From IMG/VR virus record IMGVR_UViG_2718218305_000006: a stretch of DNA of 64,000 bases; one strand, written 5' to 3'. This document shows, piece by piece, positions 38,904-49,176 of the stretch. Each line of letters begins with the position of its first letter. The stretch's first letter is position 1. The notes beneath the pieces are model-generated. The model was not told the origin of the DNA. It did not search any database and worked only from the letters and a program-made list of their open reading frames with translations. The position numbers and the translations under genes are program-made. Source of the DNA: a virus (Duplodnaviria > Heunggongvirae > Uroviricota > Caudoviricetes).

Positions 38904-39461
38904 ATGAACCATGAAGAAATGAATCAGCGCTTCAGTCGTCTGGAAAATGAAATTGCTGAACTGAATAAAAAACTGTCGACGCTGATGCCTTCTGAAGATG
39001 AAAAAAAACGCCGCGATGAGCAGTTTGCTGCGTTTGACGATTATTGTCGGAAAGTGATGAGCAGAAATCTCTCAGAGTGTTTCAGTATTCATAATGATAA
39101 TTTCAGTGAGCTGGAATGGGAGTGTAACCGGCCATCCTTTGTTGTATCCGGTGATGCTGGGAAAATAACCATCTCAGAAAATGGAAAAGTAACACCGCCA
39201 TCGCACCAGCATAGTGAGGAGCTCATTGAATTTGCCATTGATTACCTGAAGAACAATAAAAAACAGGGGCTGATGAAGTGCATTGGTCGTTGCATGGGAT
39301 ATCTGCAGATAGCTGCTGAGATTGAAGCGCTGGCCAGTGGTGCGGACAAGGATGCAGTTGTGCGGGAGGCTCTTCTTCGTGAGTTTGACAACCCGCCCTT
39401 TAAAAAAGTGCCGGCTTACTGGTTTCATCCAGGACTGACTTATCTTAAAGGACGTATATAA
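38904..39461 (+). CDS. Hypothetical protein inserted between holin and endolysin
   Basis: 186-aa ORF starting right at the holin stop; N-terminal coiled coil, Cys-containing C-terminal half; no recognised domain. Confidence 0.55.
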   Translation: MNHEEMNQRFSRLENEIAELNKKLSTLMPSEDEKKRRDEQFAAFDDYCRKVMSRNLSECFSIHNDNFSELEWECNRPSFVVSGDAGKITISENGKVTPPSHQHSEELIEFAIDYLKNNKKQGLMKCIGRCMGYLQIAAEIEALASGADKDAVVREALLREFDNPPFKKVPAYWFHPGLTYLKGRI

Positions 39462-39503
39462 GCTGGCTCGTTATCTGTTGCCGATAAATCCTGATAAATA
39501 TCC

Positions 39504-40037
39504 ATGAACACCAAAATCAAATACGGCCTGTCGGCTGCCGTTCTGGCGCTGATTGCCGCTGGTGCGCCTGCGCCTGACATTCTCGACCAGTTTCTGGATG
39601 AAAAGGAAGGTAACCACACCACGGCATACCGTGATGGTGCGGGTATCTGGACCATCTGCCGAGGTGCCATCATGGTGGATGGTAAGCCTGTGATTCCTGG
39701 CATGAAGCTGTCGAAGGAAAAATGCGACCGGGTTAACGCCATTGAGCGTGATAAGGCGCTGGCATGGGTGGAGAAAAACATCAAAGTGCCACTGACCGAA
39801 CCCCAGAAAGCGGGTATTGCGTCATTCTGTCCTTACAACATTGGCCCAGGTAAGTGTTTCCCGTCGACGTTTTATAAACGAATTAATGCAGGTGATCGCA
39901 GGGGAGCGTGTGAGGCGATTCGCTGGTGGATTAAGGACGGTGGGCGTGATTGCCGCACACGTTCAAATAACTGCTACGGACAGGTTATTCGTCGTGACCA
40001 GGAAAGCGCATTAGCTTGTTGGGGGATAGATCAGTGA
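39504..40037 (+). CDS. SAR endolysin (T4-lysozyme-like muramidase with N-terminal signal-anchor-release segment)
   Basis: N-terminal hydrophobic [16 protein letters not shown], then lysozyme-like domain; position between holin and Rz. Confidence 0.8.
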   Translation: MNTKIKYGLSAAVLALIAAGAPAPDILDQFLDEKEGNHTTAYRDGAGIWTICRGAIMVDGKPVIPGMKLSKEKCDRVNAIERDKALAWVEKNIKVPLTEPQKAGIASFCPYNIGPGKCFPSTFYKRINAGDRRGACEAIRWWIKDGGRDCRTRSNNCYGQVIRRDQESALACWGIDQ

Positions 40038-40501
40038 GAAGAGTAACCGCGATTATTTACGCTCTGGTTATCTGCATCATCGTCTGTCTGTTATGGGCTG
40101 TTAATCATTACCGCGATAACGCCATCACCTACAAAGCGCAGCGCGATAAAAAAGCCAGAGAGCTGGAACAGGCGAATGCCACCATTACTGACATGCAGGT
40201 GCGCCAGCGTGATGTTGCTGCGCTCGATGCAAAATACTCGAAGGAATTAGCCGATGCGAGAGCTGAAAATGAAACTCTGCGTGCTGATGTTGCCGCTGGT
40301 CGTAAGCGCCTGCGGATCAACGCCACCTGCCACGGTACCGTGCGTGAAGCCACCGGCACCTCCGGCGTGGATAATGCAACCGGCCCCCGACTGGCAGACA
40401 CCGCTGAACGGGATTATTTCATCCTCAGAGAACGGTTGATGATGATGCAGAAGCAGCTGGAAGGGGCGCAGGAATATATCCGCACTCAGTGTATTAACTA
40501 G
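40034..40501 (+). CDS. Rz-like i-spanin
   Basis: GTG start overlapping the endolysin stop; N-terminal TM, coiled-coil periplasmic domain; resembles lambda Rz. Confidence 0.75.
   Translation: MRRVTAIIYALVICIIVCLLWAVNHYRDNAITYKAQRDKKARELEQANATITDMQVRQRDVAALDAKYSKELADARAENETLRADVAAGRKRLRINATCHGTVREATGTSGVDNATGPRLADTAERDYFILRERLMMMQKQLEGAQEYIRTQCIN
40254..40439 (+). CDS. Rz1-like o-spanin lipoprotein, embedded in +1 frame within Rz
   Basis: [20 protein letters not shown] lipobox followed by a proline-rich segment (…[26 protein letters not shown]…). Confidence 0.8.
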   Translation: MRELKMKLCVLMLPLVVSACGSTPPATVPCVKPPAPPAWIMQPAPDWQTPLNGIISSSENG

Positions 40502-40524
40502 TATTTTTGTTATCCGGAGAATGC

Positions 40525-40749
40525 ATGAAGAAATTACTGGTAACCGTAAAGCCTTTTCAGGGAACAATTCCGTTCCGTATTTTGCAGCGTGGTCGTGTTC
40601 TTGTTGAAGGTTCGTTCAGTGGTAAATGTACGCAATTACACTCCCGGACCTTTCAGGTGAATGCCACGAATGAAGAGCTAACCGTTGAGTGTACGATGAA
40701 TGCCGCTAAATGCCGCATGGTATCCGCTGCATTACAGCCAGTGTGTTGA
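40525..40749 (+). CDS. Hypothetical small protein after the lysis cassette
   Basis: RBS ggaga 5 nt upstream of ATG 40525; 74 aa. Confidence 0.4.
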   Translation: MKKLLVTVKPFQGTIPFRILQRGRVLVEGSFSGKCTQLHSRTFQVNATNEELTVECTMNAAKCRMVSAALQPVC

Positions 40750-41004
40750 GCGACCTTATTATCCATGCGCGGTATTGTCGCCGTATTCCCGTATTAACAG
40801 AGACCGCAGCCCGACAGGGAGACTCCTCTGCGCGAGTGTGCGGGGATAATCAAAAACGATACACACCGGGGTTTACCGCGTTAACGGAGCGCGGCGTTGT
40901 CCCCTCATGGTCGCTGGTCCGGTGCGATGGTGGAAGAAACCGGACTACATTACAAATGATAACCATTATCATTTTTCGGGTCCTCCTGGTGTGGTGGGCC
41001 TGAA

Positions 41005-41030
41005 CACGGGGCGGGCGGCGCGGAAAAAGG
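41005..41030 (+). other. Candidate cos site region (lambda cosN-like GGGCGG…)
   Basis: gggcgggcggcgcgg followed by an AT-rich segment, ~140 bp upstream of the small terminase gene. Confidence 0.3.
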
Positions 41031-41167
41031 CGCATTTTTTGATTTTTATGGCACCATCACCACCAGTGTAAGTTATTGATATATAGAAAAATAAAAATTT
41101 TTAGTGTCGAATCTGGTTGTTTTTTGTTCATCACTGGTGTGTGTTTACATAATTTTCAGGGGGAGTT

Positions 41168-41644
41168 ATGGATCGTGAATTAAAAAATCTGCATCTGAAT
41201 ATTTCCCAACTGGCCGCATTATCCGGTGCTCATCGACAGACTGTTGCGGCTCGGGTAAAAAACATAAGCCCAGCCGGTGGTCATGAGAGCAATCTCAAAC
41301 TGTACCGACTGACAGATATCCTTGCCGAGCTGATGAAAGCTCCTCTGCCTGTAGATAACGAGGAAATGGATCCTCATGCGCGTAAAGCATGGTACCAGTC
41401 AGAACGTGACCGACTGAAATTTGAGCAGGAAACTGGTCAGCTTGTGCCAGTCAGTGATGTCAGGCGGTCCTTTTCTGTCGTGGTGAAAGCGATAGTTCAG
41501 GTACTGGAAACCTGGCCTGACCGGCTGGAGAGGGACAGGGGGTGGACCGCATCACAACTGAATGAAGTACAGATTGTGGTTGATGAGATCCGCGACACAC
41601 TGGAAAAGGCAGTCATTGACTGTTGTGATGAGGCCGATATGTGA
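41168..41644 (+). CDS. Terminase small subunit
   Basis: 158-aa ORF with N-terminal HTH-like region; stop overlaps the large terminase start. Confidence 0.65.
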   Translation: MDRELKNLHLNISQLAALSGAHRQTVAARVKNISPAGGHESNLKLYRLTDILAELMKAPLPVDNEEMDPHARKAWYQSERDRLKFEQETGQLVPVSDVRRSFSVVVKAIVQVLETWPDRLERDRGWTASQLNEVQIVVDEIRDTLEKAVIDCCDEADM

Positions 41645-43764
41645 ATCAGGTGAACGAGAGCCATAGCCGCGCATCCGATATCTGGCGCGAAGTGGCCTCG
41701 CTGTTTCGCCCACCTGGCCGGTTACCAGTAGCGGAAGCCATCAGGCGTTATATGCGGGTTCCACGGGGAGCCAATACTTCCGGTCCGTGGGAGTCATCGC
41801 TGACGCCCTATATGATTGACCCCATTAATACATTATCAGCCCGTGAATATGACGCGGTGGTGTTTGTGGGACCTGCGCGAACCGGGAAAACCGAAGGGCT
41901 GATTGATGGCTGGATTGTGTACGGCATCATCTGTGATCCGGCGGATATGCTGGTGGTGCAGATGACTGAGACGAAGGCGCGTGAGCATTCCAGAACGCGT
42001 CTTTCCAGGACGTTTCGCCACAGTCCGGAGGTCAGCAAGCGCCTCAGTCCTTCCCGTAATGACAACAACGTCCACGATAAAATGTTTCTTGACGGCTCCT
42101 TCCTGAAGATTGGCTGGCCGTCGATCACCGTCTTTTCCTCTTCGGATTACCGTCGTGTGGCGCTGACGGATTATGACCGTTTCCCTGAAAACGTGGACGG
42201 GGAAGGGGATGCCTTCACGCTGGCCTCAAAGCGTACCACCACCTTTATGTCCTCGGGGATGACCCTGGTCGAGAGTTCACCGGGGCGGGATATCACCGAT
42301 ACCAAATGGCGTTGTGGTGGCGCACATGAGGCACCGCCAACAACGGGTATCCTGTCACTGTATAACCGGGGAGACCGCCGCCGGTGGTACTGGCCGTGTC
42401 CGCACTGCGGGGAATATTTTCAGCCGGTGATGGATAACATGACCGGATACCGGAATAACCCGGATTTTGTGGCTGCCGGTCAGGCTGCCCGTCTGATGTG
42501 TCCGCATTGTCGCGGGCTGATTGCCCCTGAGCAGAAACGCGAACTGAATAACCAGGGGATCTGGCTTCGTGAAGGTGAACGGGCGGCGGCGGACGGCAGT
42601 ATCACCGGAACGCCACGAAACTCCCGGATTGCGTCATTTTGGATGGAGGGGCCAGCTGCGGCGTTTCAGACCTGGGAACAACTGATTTTTAAACTGCTGG
42701 CGGCAGAAGAAGAGTATGAGCGAACCGGCAGTGAAGAGACCCTGAAAGCGGTGGTGAACACCGATATCGGACGACCCTATCTGCCCCGTTCAGCCACGGA
42801 ACAGCGTAAAAGTGAACTGCTTGAACAGCGTGCCGAGCCGTTTCCCCGGCGATCTGTGCCGGATGGTGTGCGTTTTATTGAGGCAACGGTTGACGTACAG
42901 GGCGGTAAAAATCGCCGTTTTGTTGTGCAGATCACCGGATACGGAGAGCAGGGGGAACGCTGGATTGTTGATCGCTACAACATCCGGCATTCACTGCGCT
43001 GCAGTCCCAACGGTGAAAGTCTGCCGGTTGATCCGGCGGCATATCCGGAGGACTGGGATTTGTTGCTGACGGATGTGTTCCATAAAACATGGCCGCTGGC
43101 TTCTGATCCGGATGTGCGCATGCGTCTGATGGCCATGGCGGTGGATACGGGAGGGGAAGCCGGGGTGACAGATAACGCCTATCGTTTCTGGCGTCGTTGC
43201 CGGAGTGACGGACTGGGCAACAGGGTGTTTCTGTTCAAGGGGGATGGACTTCGCCGTGACAGGCTGATTAACCGAACCTTCCCGGATAATACCGGCAGAA
43301 GTGCCCGCCGTGCCAGAGCCAGTGGCGATGTCGCGCTGTGGCTGGTTCAGACGGATGCGTTTAAGGATCGTGTAAATAATGCCCTGTGGCGTGACACACC
43401 AGGGCCGAACTATATCCACTTTCCCGACTGGCTGGGGCGGTGGTTTTACGATGAGCTGACCTATGAAGAGCGCGGCAGTGACGGAAAATGGCGAAAACCG
43501 GGCAGGGGCGCTAACGAAGCGTTTGACCTGCTGGTTTATGCGGATGCGCTTGCCGTTCTGCATGGTTACGAAAAGATCCGCTGGCCCTCCGCACCGGACT
43601 GGGCACAGCGGGAAACGTGGCTCGTCTTCCCGCAGGAGCGTTCTGGTGAAACGGTATCCCCGGAACTGACGGCCGGGGCAGAAAAACGCCGTCGCCGGAA
43701 GAAAAAACTGCGGACGGAGCGTGCGGAAGATAATCCATGGATAACATCAGGAGGCTGGTTGTGA
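41641..43764 (+). CDS. Terminase large subunit (lambda gpA-like), 707 aa
   Basis: Walker A VGPARTGKT; size and position before W and portal. Confidence 0.85.
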   Translation: MNQVNESHSRASDIWREVASLFRPPGRLPVAEAIRRYMRVPRGANTSGPWESSLTPYMIDPINTLSAREYDAVVFVGPARTGKTEGLIDGWIVYGIICDPADMLVVQMTETKAREHSRTRLSRTFRHSPEVSKRLSPSRNDNNVHDKMFLDGSFLKIGWPSITVFSSSDYRRVALTDYDRFPENVDGEGDAFTLASKRTTTFMSSGMTLVESSPGRDITDTKWRCGGAHEAPPTTGILSLYNRGDRRRWYWPCPHCGEYFQPVMDNMTGYRNNPDFVAAGQAARLMCPHCRGLIAPEQKRELNNQGIWLREGERAAADGSITGTPRNSRIASFWMEGPAAAFQTWEQLIFKLLAAEEEYERTGSEETLKAVVNTDIGRPYLPRSATEQRKSELLEQRAEPFPRRSVPDGVRFIEATVDVQGGKNRRFVVQITGYGEQGERWIVDRYNIRHSLRCSPNGESLPVDPAAYPEDWDLLLTDVFHKTWPLASDPDVRMRLMAMAVDTGGEAGVTDNAYRFWRRCRSDGLGNRVFLFKGDGLRRDRLINRTFPDNTGRSARRARASGDVALWLVQTDAFKDRVNNALWRDTPGPNYIHFPDWLGRWFYDELTYEERGSDGKWRKPGRGANEAFDLLVYADALAVLHGYEKIRWPSAPDWAQRETWLVFPQERSGETVSPELTAGAEKRRRRKKKLRTERAEDNPWITSGGWL

Positions 43765-43973
43765 GCACAGAAGAAGCCAGAGAAATGATACAGCGGTACC
43801 GTGAAGCGGAAATGGCCGTACTGGAGGGAAAGTCTGTCACCTTCAACGGGCAGCAACTGACGCTGGAAAGCCTTTCTCAGATCCGCGCCGGACGTCAGGA
43901 GTGGGAACGCAGGCTTGCCGCGATGGTGAGCCGCAGGCGGGGAAAACCGGGATTTAAACTGGCGAGGTTTTAA
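43761..43973 (+). CDS. W: Head-tail joining protein W-like
   Basis: 70 aa from GTG 43761 (RBS ggagg) overlapping the terminase stop; C-terminus …RRRGKPGFKLARF resembles lambda gpW. Confidence 0.65.
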   Translation: MSTEEAREMIQRYREAEMAVLEGKSVTFNGQQLTLESLSQIRAGRQEWERRLAAMVSRRRGKPGFKLARF

Positions 43974-45475
43974 TGGCAATTATTGATGATGTGATCGGCG
44001 TGTTTTCCCCCGGGTGGAAAGCAGCCAGACTGCGTTCAAGGGCGTTAATCATGGCCTATGAGGCGGTGAAACCGACCCGGACACATAAAGCCCGGCGGGA
44101 AAATCGCTCTGCTGATCAGCTCAGTAAATACGGTGCGGTTTCCCTGCGGGAGCAGGCCCGTTTTCTGGATATCAATCATGACCTGGTGATTGGTGTGTTT
44201 GACAAGCTGGAAGAGCGGGTGATTGGTGCCAGGGGAATTATTGTGGAGCCTCAGCCATTACGAAAAAACGGGGAAATGGCGGCTGAGCTGGCTGCGGATA
44301 TCCGCCGTTTGTGGGCTGAATGGTCCGTGAGTCCGGATGTGACAGGGCAGTATACCCGTCCTGTGCTTGAACGTTTACTGCTGCGGACCTGGCTGCGGGA
44401 TGGTGAAGTGTTTGCGCAGATGGTCAGTGGTGCGGGAAACGGTCTGGAACGGACGGCGGGAGTGCCATTCTGGCTTGAGGCGATGGAGCCGGATTTTGTT
44501 CCCATGCGCACTGATGAATCCGCCGGACTGAATCAGGGGGTTTTTCTTGATGAGTGGGGAAGACCGAAAAAATATCTGGTTTATAAAAATTATCCGGTCA
44601 GCGGCCGGCAGAGTGATACGAAAGAAATCGCTGCCGGAAAAATGATCCACCTGAAGTTCACTCGTCGTCTGCATCAGACGCGAGGCTCATCCATGTTATC
44701 GGGGGTGCTGATGCGGATCAGTGCCCTTAAGGAGTATGAGGATGCGGAACTGACAGCGGCGCGTATTGCTGCGGCGCTGGGACTGTATATCCGTAAAGGT
44801 GACGGACAGGACTATGAAGATCCGGGGATCAAAGAAACCGAGCGGGAAGTCCATATCACCCCGGGTATTATTTATGACGATTTGCGCAAGGGCGAGGATA
44901 TCGGCATGGTCAAATCTGACCGTCCCAATCCCAACCTTGAAACTTTCCGCAACGGCCAGTTGCGTGCAGTGGCAGCAGGCAGTCGTCTGAGTTTTTCCAG
45001 TGCGGCGCGTAACTATAACGGCACCTACAGCGCCCAGCGGCAGGAGCTGGTCGAGTCCACGGATGGTTACCTGATCCTGCAGGACTGTTTTATTGGCGCG
45101 GTAACCCGCCCGGTGTACCGGACATGGCTGAATATGGTGGTTGCGGCAGGTCTGCTGAAAATTCCGGCGGATGTGGAGATGAAAACGCTATATAACGCGA
45201 CGTATTCCGGTCCGGTGATGCCGTGGATCGACCCGGTTAAGGAAGCTGAAGCCTGGAGAATTCAGATCCGGGGTGGTGCAGCGACAGAATCTGACTGGGT
45301 GCGTGCTGGTGGGCGCAATCCGGATGAGGTCAAACGTCGCCGCAAGGCTGAAATTGATGAAAACAGCAGACTGGGGCTGGTCTTTGATACTGACCCCGTC
45401 AACGACAAAGGAGGCAACAGTGCCGGAACTGAACAACAGCGTCAGCAGGCCACCGACAGCCAGCATGAAGAATAA
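43973..45475 (+). CDS. Portal protein (lambda gpB-like)
   Basis: 500-aa ORF between W and the protease/capsid gene. Confidence 0.8.
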   Translation: MAIIDDVIGVFSPGWKAARLRSRALIMAYEAVKPTRTHKARRENRSADQLSKYGAVSLREQARFLDINHDLVIGVFDKLEERVIGARGIIVEPQPLRKNGEMAAELAADIRRLWAEWSVSPDVTGQYTRPVLERLLLRTWLRDGEVFAQMVSGAGNGLERTAGVPFWLEAMEPDFVPMRTDESAGLNQGVFLDEWGRPKKYLVYKNYPVSGRQSDTKEIAAGKMIHLKFTRRLHQTRGSSMLSGVLMRISALKEYEDAELTAARIAAALGLYIRKGDGQDYEDPGIKETEREVHITPGIIYDDLRKGEDIGMVKSDRPNPNLETFRNGQLRAVAAGSRLSFSSAARNYNGTYSAQRQELVESTDGYLILQDCFIGAVTRPVYRTWLNMVVAAGLLKIPADVEMKTLYNATYSGPVMPWIDPVKEAEAWRIQIRGGAATESDWVRAGGRNPDEVKRRRKAEIDENSRLGLVFDTDPVNDKGGNSAGTEQQRQQATDSQHEE

Positions 45476-47444
45476 ATCCTGGTTCAGGATGCTGGCGGGT
45501 AGTCAGGGTGAGGCAGATATTTATATTTATGACGAGATTGGTTTCTGGGGAGTTACCGCGAAGCAGTTTGTCAGCGATATGAATGCCCTGGGTGATATCA
45601 CCCACATTAATCTCCATATCAATTCACCGGGTGGCGATGTCTTTGAAGGCATCGCCATTTTTAATGCCCTGAAAAATCAGGGGGCGACCATTACCGTGTA
45701 TGTGGATGGCGTTGCCGCCTCGATGGCATCTGTGATTGCGATGGCCGGTGATACGGTCATTATGCCGGAAAATGCCTTCATGATGATCCATAAGCCATGG
45801 GGATTCAGTGGCGGGGATGCTGAGGATATGCGCAGTTATGCCGATTTGCTGGATAAAGTCGAATCGGTACTGTTGCCAGCCTATGCGCAGAAAACCGGAA
45901 AAACCACCGATGAAATTGCCGCCATGCTGGCGGATGAAACCTGGATGTCCGGTGCCGAATGTCTGGCACACGGATTTGCTGACCAGGTGACACCCGCTGT
46001 TGAGGCAATGGCATGTATTCAGTCAAAACGTACAGAGGAATTTAAAAAGATGCCGGAATCCATCCGAAACATGATTACTCCGCCACGCAACAGTGCCCCG
46101 CGTGATACCACAGTGACAATCCCTGCACCGGCGGTAACAGAACCATCACCGGTACCGGCAGTGTCTGATGAGGCGACCATTCGCGCCCGCGTTATGGCTG
46201 AGCAGAAAGCCCGCATGTCAGGCATTAACGATCTGTTTGCCATGTTCGGTGGTCGCTATCAGACGCTTCAGGCACAGTGCGTGGCTGATCCTGACTGTTC
46301 GCTGGAAATGGCCCGTGAACGTCTGCTGAATGAAATGGGCAAGGAGTCCTCGCCGACCAACAAAAATACACCGGCTCATATTTATGCCGGAAACGGCAAT
46401 TTTGTGGGGGACGGGATCCGCCAGGCGATGCTGGCCCGTGCCGGATTTGAAAATGTCGAGAAGGATAACGCCTATAACGGGATGACCCTGCGTGAATGGG
46501 CTCGCATGTCACTGACGGAGCGCGGTATTGGGGTGGCCAGTTATAACCCCATGCAGATGGTCGGGCTGGCGCTGACGCACAGCACCTCTGATTTTGGCAA
46601 TATTCTGCTGGATGTGTCGAACAAGGGGCTGATCCAGGGCTGGGAGGAATCAGAAGAAACCTTCCAGAAGTGGACCCGTAAGGGACGCCTGTCAGACTTC
46701 AAAACAGCGTATCGCGTGGGGATGGGCGGTTTTGGTTCTCTGCGCCAGGTTCGTGAGGGGGCGGAGTATAAATACATCACCACCTCAGATCGCAAGGAGA
46801 CCATTGCACTGGCCACTTACGGGGAGATTTTCTCCATCACCCGCCAGGCCATTATCAATGATGATCTGAATATGCTGGTGGACGTGCCGATGAAGATGGG
46901 GCGTGCGGCGAAGGCAACGATTGGTGACCTGGTCTACAAGGTGCTGACGGATAACCCGAAACTGTCCGACGGTAAGGCGCTGTTCCATGCCGATCACAAA
47001 AATATTGCCACCGGGGGGATCTCCGTTTCCGGACTGGATGCGGCCCGTCAGATGATGCGCCTGCAGAAAGAAGGCGATCGTGCCCTGAATATCCGTCCGG
47101 CCTTTATGCTGGTACCGGTGGCACTGGAGACGGTGGCGAACCAGACCATCAAATCGGCCAGTGTGAAAGGGGCGGATGCAAACGCCGGTGTCATTAACCC
47201 TATCCAGAACTTTGCTGAGGTGATTGCAGAAGCGCGTCTTGATGCGGCAGACCCGAAAACCTGGTATCTGGCGGCGGCACAGGGCACTGACACCATTGAA
47301 GTGGCCTGGCTGGATGGTGTGGACACGCCATACATTGATCAGCAGGAAGGTTTCACCACTGACGGCATTGCCACAAAAATCCGTATTGATGCCGGAGTGG
47401 CACCACTTGACTGGCGCGGGCTGGTGCGTTCGTCGGTGGCCTGA
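45465..47444 (+). CDS. Prohead protease (ClpP/S49-like) fused to HK97-fold major capsid protein
   Basis: N-terminal ClpP-like domain (…HINSPGGDVFEG…), long linker, C-terminal capsid domain; 660 aa from ATG 45465. Confidence 0.75.
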   Translation: MKNKSWFRMLAGSQGEADIYIYDEIGFWGVTAKQFVSDMNALGDITHINLHINSPGGDVFEGIAIFNALKNQGATITVYVDGVAASMASVIAMAGDTVIMPENAFMMIHKPWGFSGGDAEDMRSYADLLDKVESVLLPAYAQKTGKTTDEIAAMLADETWMSGAECLAHGFADQVTPAVEAMACIQSKRTEEFKKMPESIRNMITPPRNSAPRDTTVTIPAPAVTEPSPVPAVSDEATIRARVMAEQKARMSGINDLFAMFGGRYQTLQAQCVADPDCSLEMARERLLNEMGKESSPTNKNTPAHIYAGNGNFVGDGIRQAMLARAGFENVEKDNAYNGMTLREWARMSLTERGIGVASYNPMQMVGLALTHSTSDFGNILLDVSNKGLIQGWEESEETFQKWTRKGRLSDFKTAYRVGMGGFGSLRQVREGAEYKYITTSDRKETIALATYGEIFSITRQAIINDDLNMLVDVPMKMGRAAKATIGDLVYKVLTDNPKLSDGKALFHADHKNIATGGISVSGLDAARQMMRLQKEGDRALNIRPAFMLVPVALETVANQTIKSASVKGADANAGVINPIQNFAEVIAEARLDAADPKTWYLAAAQGTDTIEVAWLDGVDTPYIDQQEGFTTDGIATKIRIDAGVAPLDWRGLVRSSVA

Positions 47445-47531
47445 TAACCGCGTTATCACAATCACTGCCCGAAAGGGCTTTTTTTATGCCTGAAAAACAG
47501 CCCCACAGGGGCTGTCCGGAGAAACAGCATT

Positions 47532-47858
47532 ATGGCGAAAAATTTTGTACAGGACGGTACCACCATTGAACTGGTGAATGCCGGAGATCAGACCATCCTG
47601 AGCGGTGCTGCGGTGGTGGTCGGCAGTATGGTGGCCGTGGCCATTACCGATATTCCTGCCGGTGAGGCCGGTGACGGTTTTGCCGAAGGCGTGTTCCTGC
47701 TGCCCAAACAGTCTGCTGACGACATTCAGTCCGGCGCGGTGGTTTATCTGAAGGACGGGGTTGTGCAGCTGGCTGCCGACGGTGCGGTGGCCGCGGGGGT
47801 AGCCTGGGAAAATGCTCCTGCAAACAGCGCCACTGTGGCGGTAAAAATCAATGTCTGA
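47532..47858 (+). CDS. Head protein (decoration/DUF2190-like, tentative)
   Basis: 108-aa Ala/Gly/Val-rich ORF after the capsid gene. Confidence 0.5.
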   Translation: MAKNFVQDGTTIELVNAGDQTILSGAAVVVGSMVAVAITDIPAGEAGDGFAEGVFLLPKQSADDIQSGAVVYLKDGVVQLAADGAVAAGVAWENAPANSATVAVKINV

Positions 47859-48132
47859 TCTGTTTACGCGAATGTGTTGCCGGATGGACGTGGCGACCGT
47901 TCGGATGATGGGCAAACAGGCGGAGATTAACGGCGTCGTGTACGACGTGATGCCGGAGGAAGAGTCCGCGGAGATGGGGGCGCTTTCGGGCAGCCAGTTG
48001 TCACTGGTGGTGTTTTCAGCCCGGTACCGTCCGGCCCGTCATGATGTTGTTGTGTTTGCGGGGCGCACACTGACGGTGACCCGTTATGACACGTACAACG
48101 GTAAACCCCGGATTTTTGTCGAACAGGAATGA
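47851..48132 (+). CDS. Head-tail connector protein (FII-like, tentative)
   Basis: 93-aa ORF overlapping neighbours on both sides. Confidence 0.5.
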   Translation: MSDLFTRMCCRMDVATVRMMGKQAEINGVVYDVMPEEESAEMGALSGSQLSLVVFSARYRPARHDVVVFAGRTLTVTRYDTYNGKPRIFVEQE

Positions 48133-48758
48133 GTATGGCAATAAAAGGTCTGGCGCAGGCCATGAAAAATCTGGATGCAATTGATCGCCGTGCCGTTCCC
48201 CGGGCCTCTGCCACGACACTGAACCGCGTGGCGGGGGCCATTATTGCGAAAACGGCCTCTTCAGTTGCCAGGGAGCTGGCCGTTCCCCGTCGTCTTATCC
48301 GTGCCCGCATCCGGTTAAGTCCGGCACGACCGGATAAGGTTTACGCAAAGGTTTACATCAATACCGGCAACCTGCCCGCCATCAAACTGGGGGAGGCCCG
48401 CGTTCGACTTTCCCGCAGAAAACGGAGAAAGAAAGGACAGCGTGCGGCCCTGAAAGGGGGCGGCAGTGTGCTGATTGTGGGGAAAAGACGGATCCCGGAC
48501 GCCTTTATCACCCGGCTGGCTAACGGACGCTGGCATGTGATGCAGCGTATGCCGTGGGCATCATCATCCACCGGCGCGGACAGCAAAGGGAGGCCGAAAC
48601 GCCACCGTCTGCCGATCGAAGTGGTGAAGATTACGACTGCCGGACCGCTGGCAGAAACCTTTGAACGTGAACGGGACCGGATGTACCGGGAAAAATTACC
48701 GGCGCAGATGATGAAAGCCATGACGCATCAGTTACGCCTGGTGCTGAAAAGAAAATGA
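48129..48758 (+). CDS. Minor tail protein Z-like
   Basis: 209-aa basic ORF immediately upstream of the U-like gene. Confidence 0.6.
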   Translation: MSMAIKGLAQAMKNLDAIDRRAVPRASATTLNRVAGAIIAKTASSVARELAVPRRLIRARIRLSPARPDKVYAKVYINTGNLPAIKLGEARVRLSRRKRRKKGQRAALKGGGSVLIVGKRRIPDAFITRLANGRWHVMQRMPWASSSTGADSKGRPKRHRLPIEVVKITTAGPLAETFERERDRMYREKLPAQMMKAMTHQLRLVLKRK

Positions 48759-48770
48759 CTGGGAGGGTGT

Positions 48771-49169
48771 ATGAAACACCGTGAAATACGGGCGGCAGTT
48801 CTGTCTGCCCTGAAAGAAAATATTTCTGAGAGGGTGAGCTGGTTTGACGGTCGCCCGGTTTTTATTGATGAACAGGAACTGCCTGCTGTTGCTGTTTACC
48901 TGACAGATGCGTCTGCTGCTGACGAGTTCGTTGATGAGGGAACCTGGGAGGCGACACTGCATATTGAGGTTTTTCTCAGGGCAAAAGAACCGGACTCGGC
49001 ACTGGATATGTGGATGGAAGAAAAAATTCTTCCTGCGCTGGAGGCAGTTCCCGGGCTCAGTGCATTACTGCTGAAGATGAATCTTCAGGGGTATGACTAC
49101 CGCCGGGATGATGAGTTTATGATGTGGGGATCGGCAGATCTCCTGTGGAAAATTACCTACGAGATGTGA
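48771..49169 (+). CDS. U: Tail terminator protein U
   Basis: 132 aa; [11 protein letters not shown]…AVAVYLT…LHIEVFL…GYDYRRDD…ITYEM closely parallels lambda gpU. Confidence 0.85.
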   Translation: MKHREIRAAVLSALKENISERVSWFDGRPVFIDEQELPAVAVYLTDASAADEFVDEGTWEATLHIEVFLRAKEPDSALDMWMEEKILPALEAVPGLSALLLKMNLQGYDYRRDDEFMMWGSADLLWKITYEM

Positions 49170-49176
49170 GGACGAT

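Noticed and set aside
40710-41003. 97-aa ORF between the lysis cassette and the terminase genes
   Set aside because: It overlaps the likely cos/packaging region, has no RBS and is not conserved-looking; treated as non-coding.
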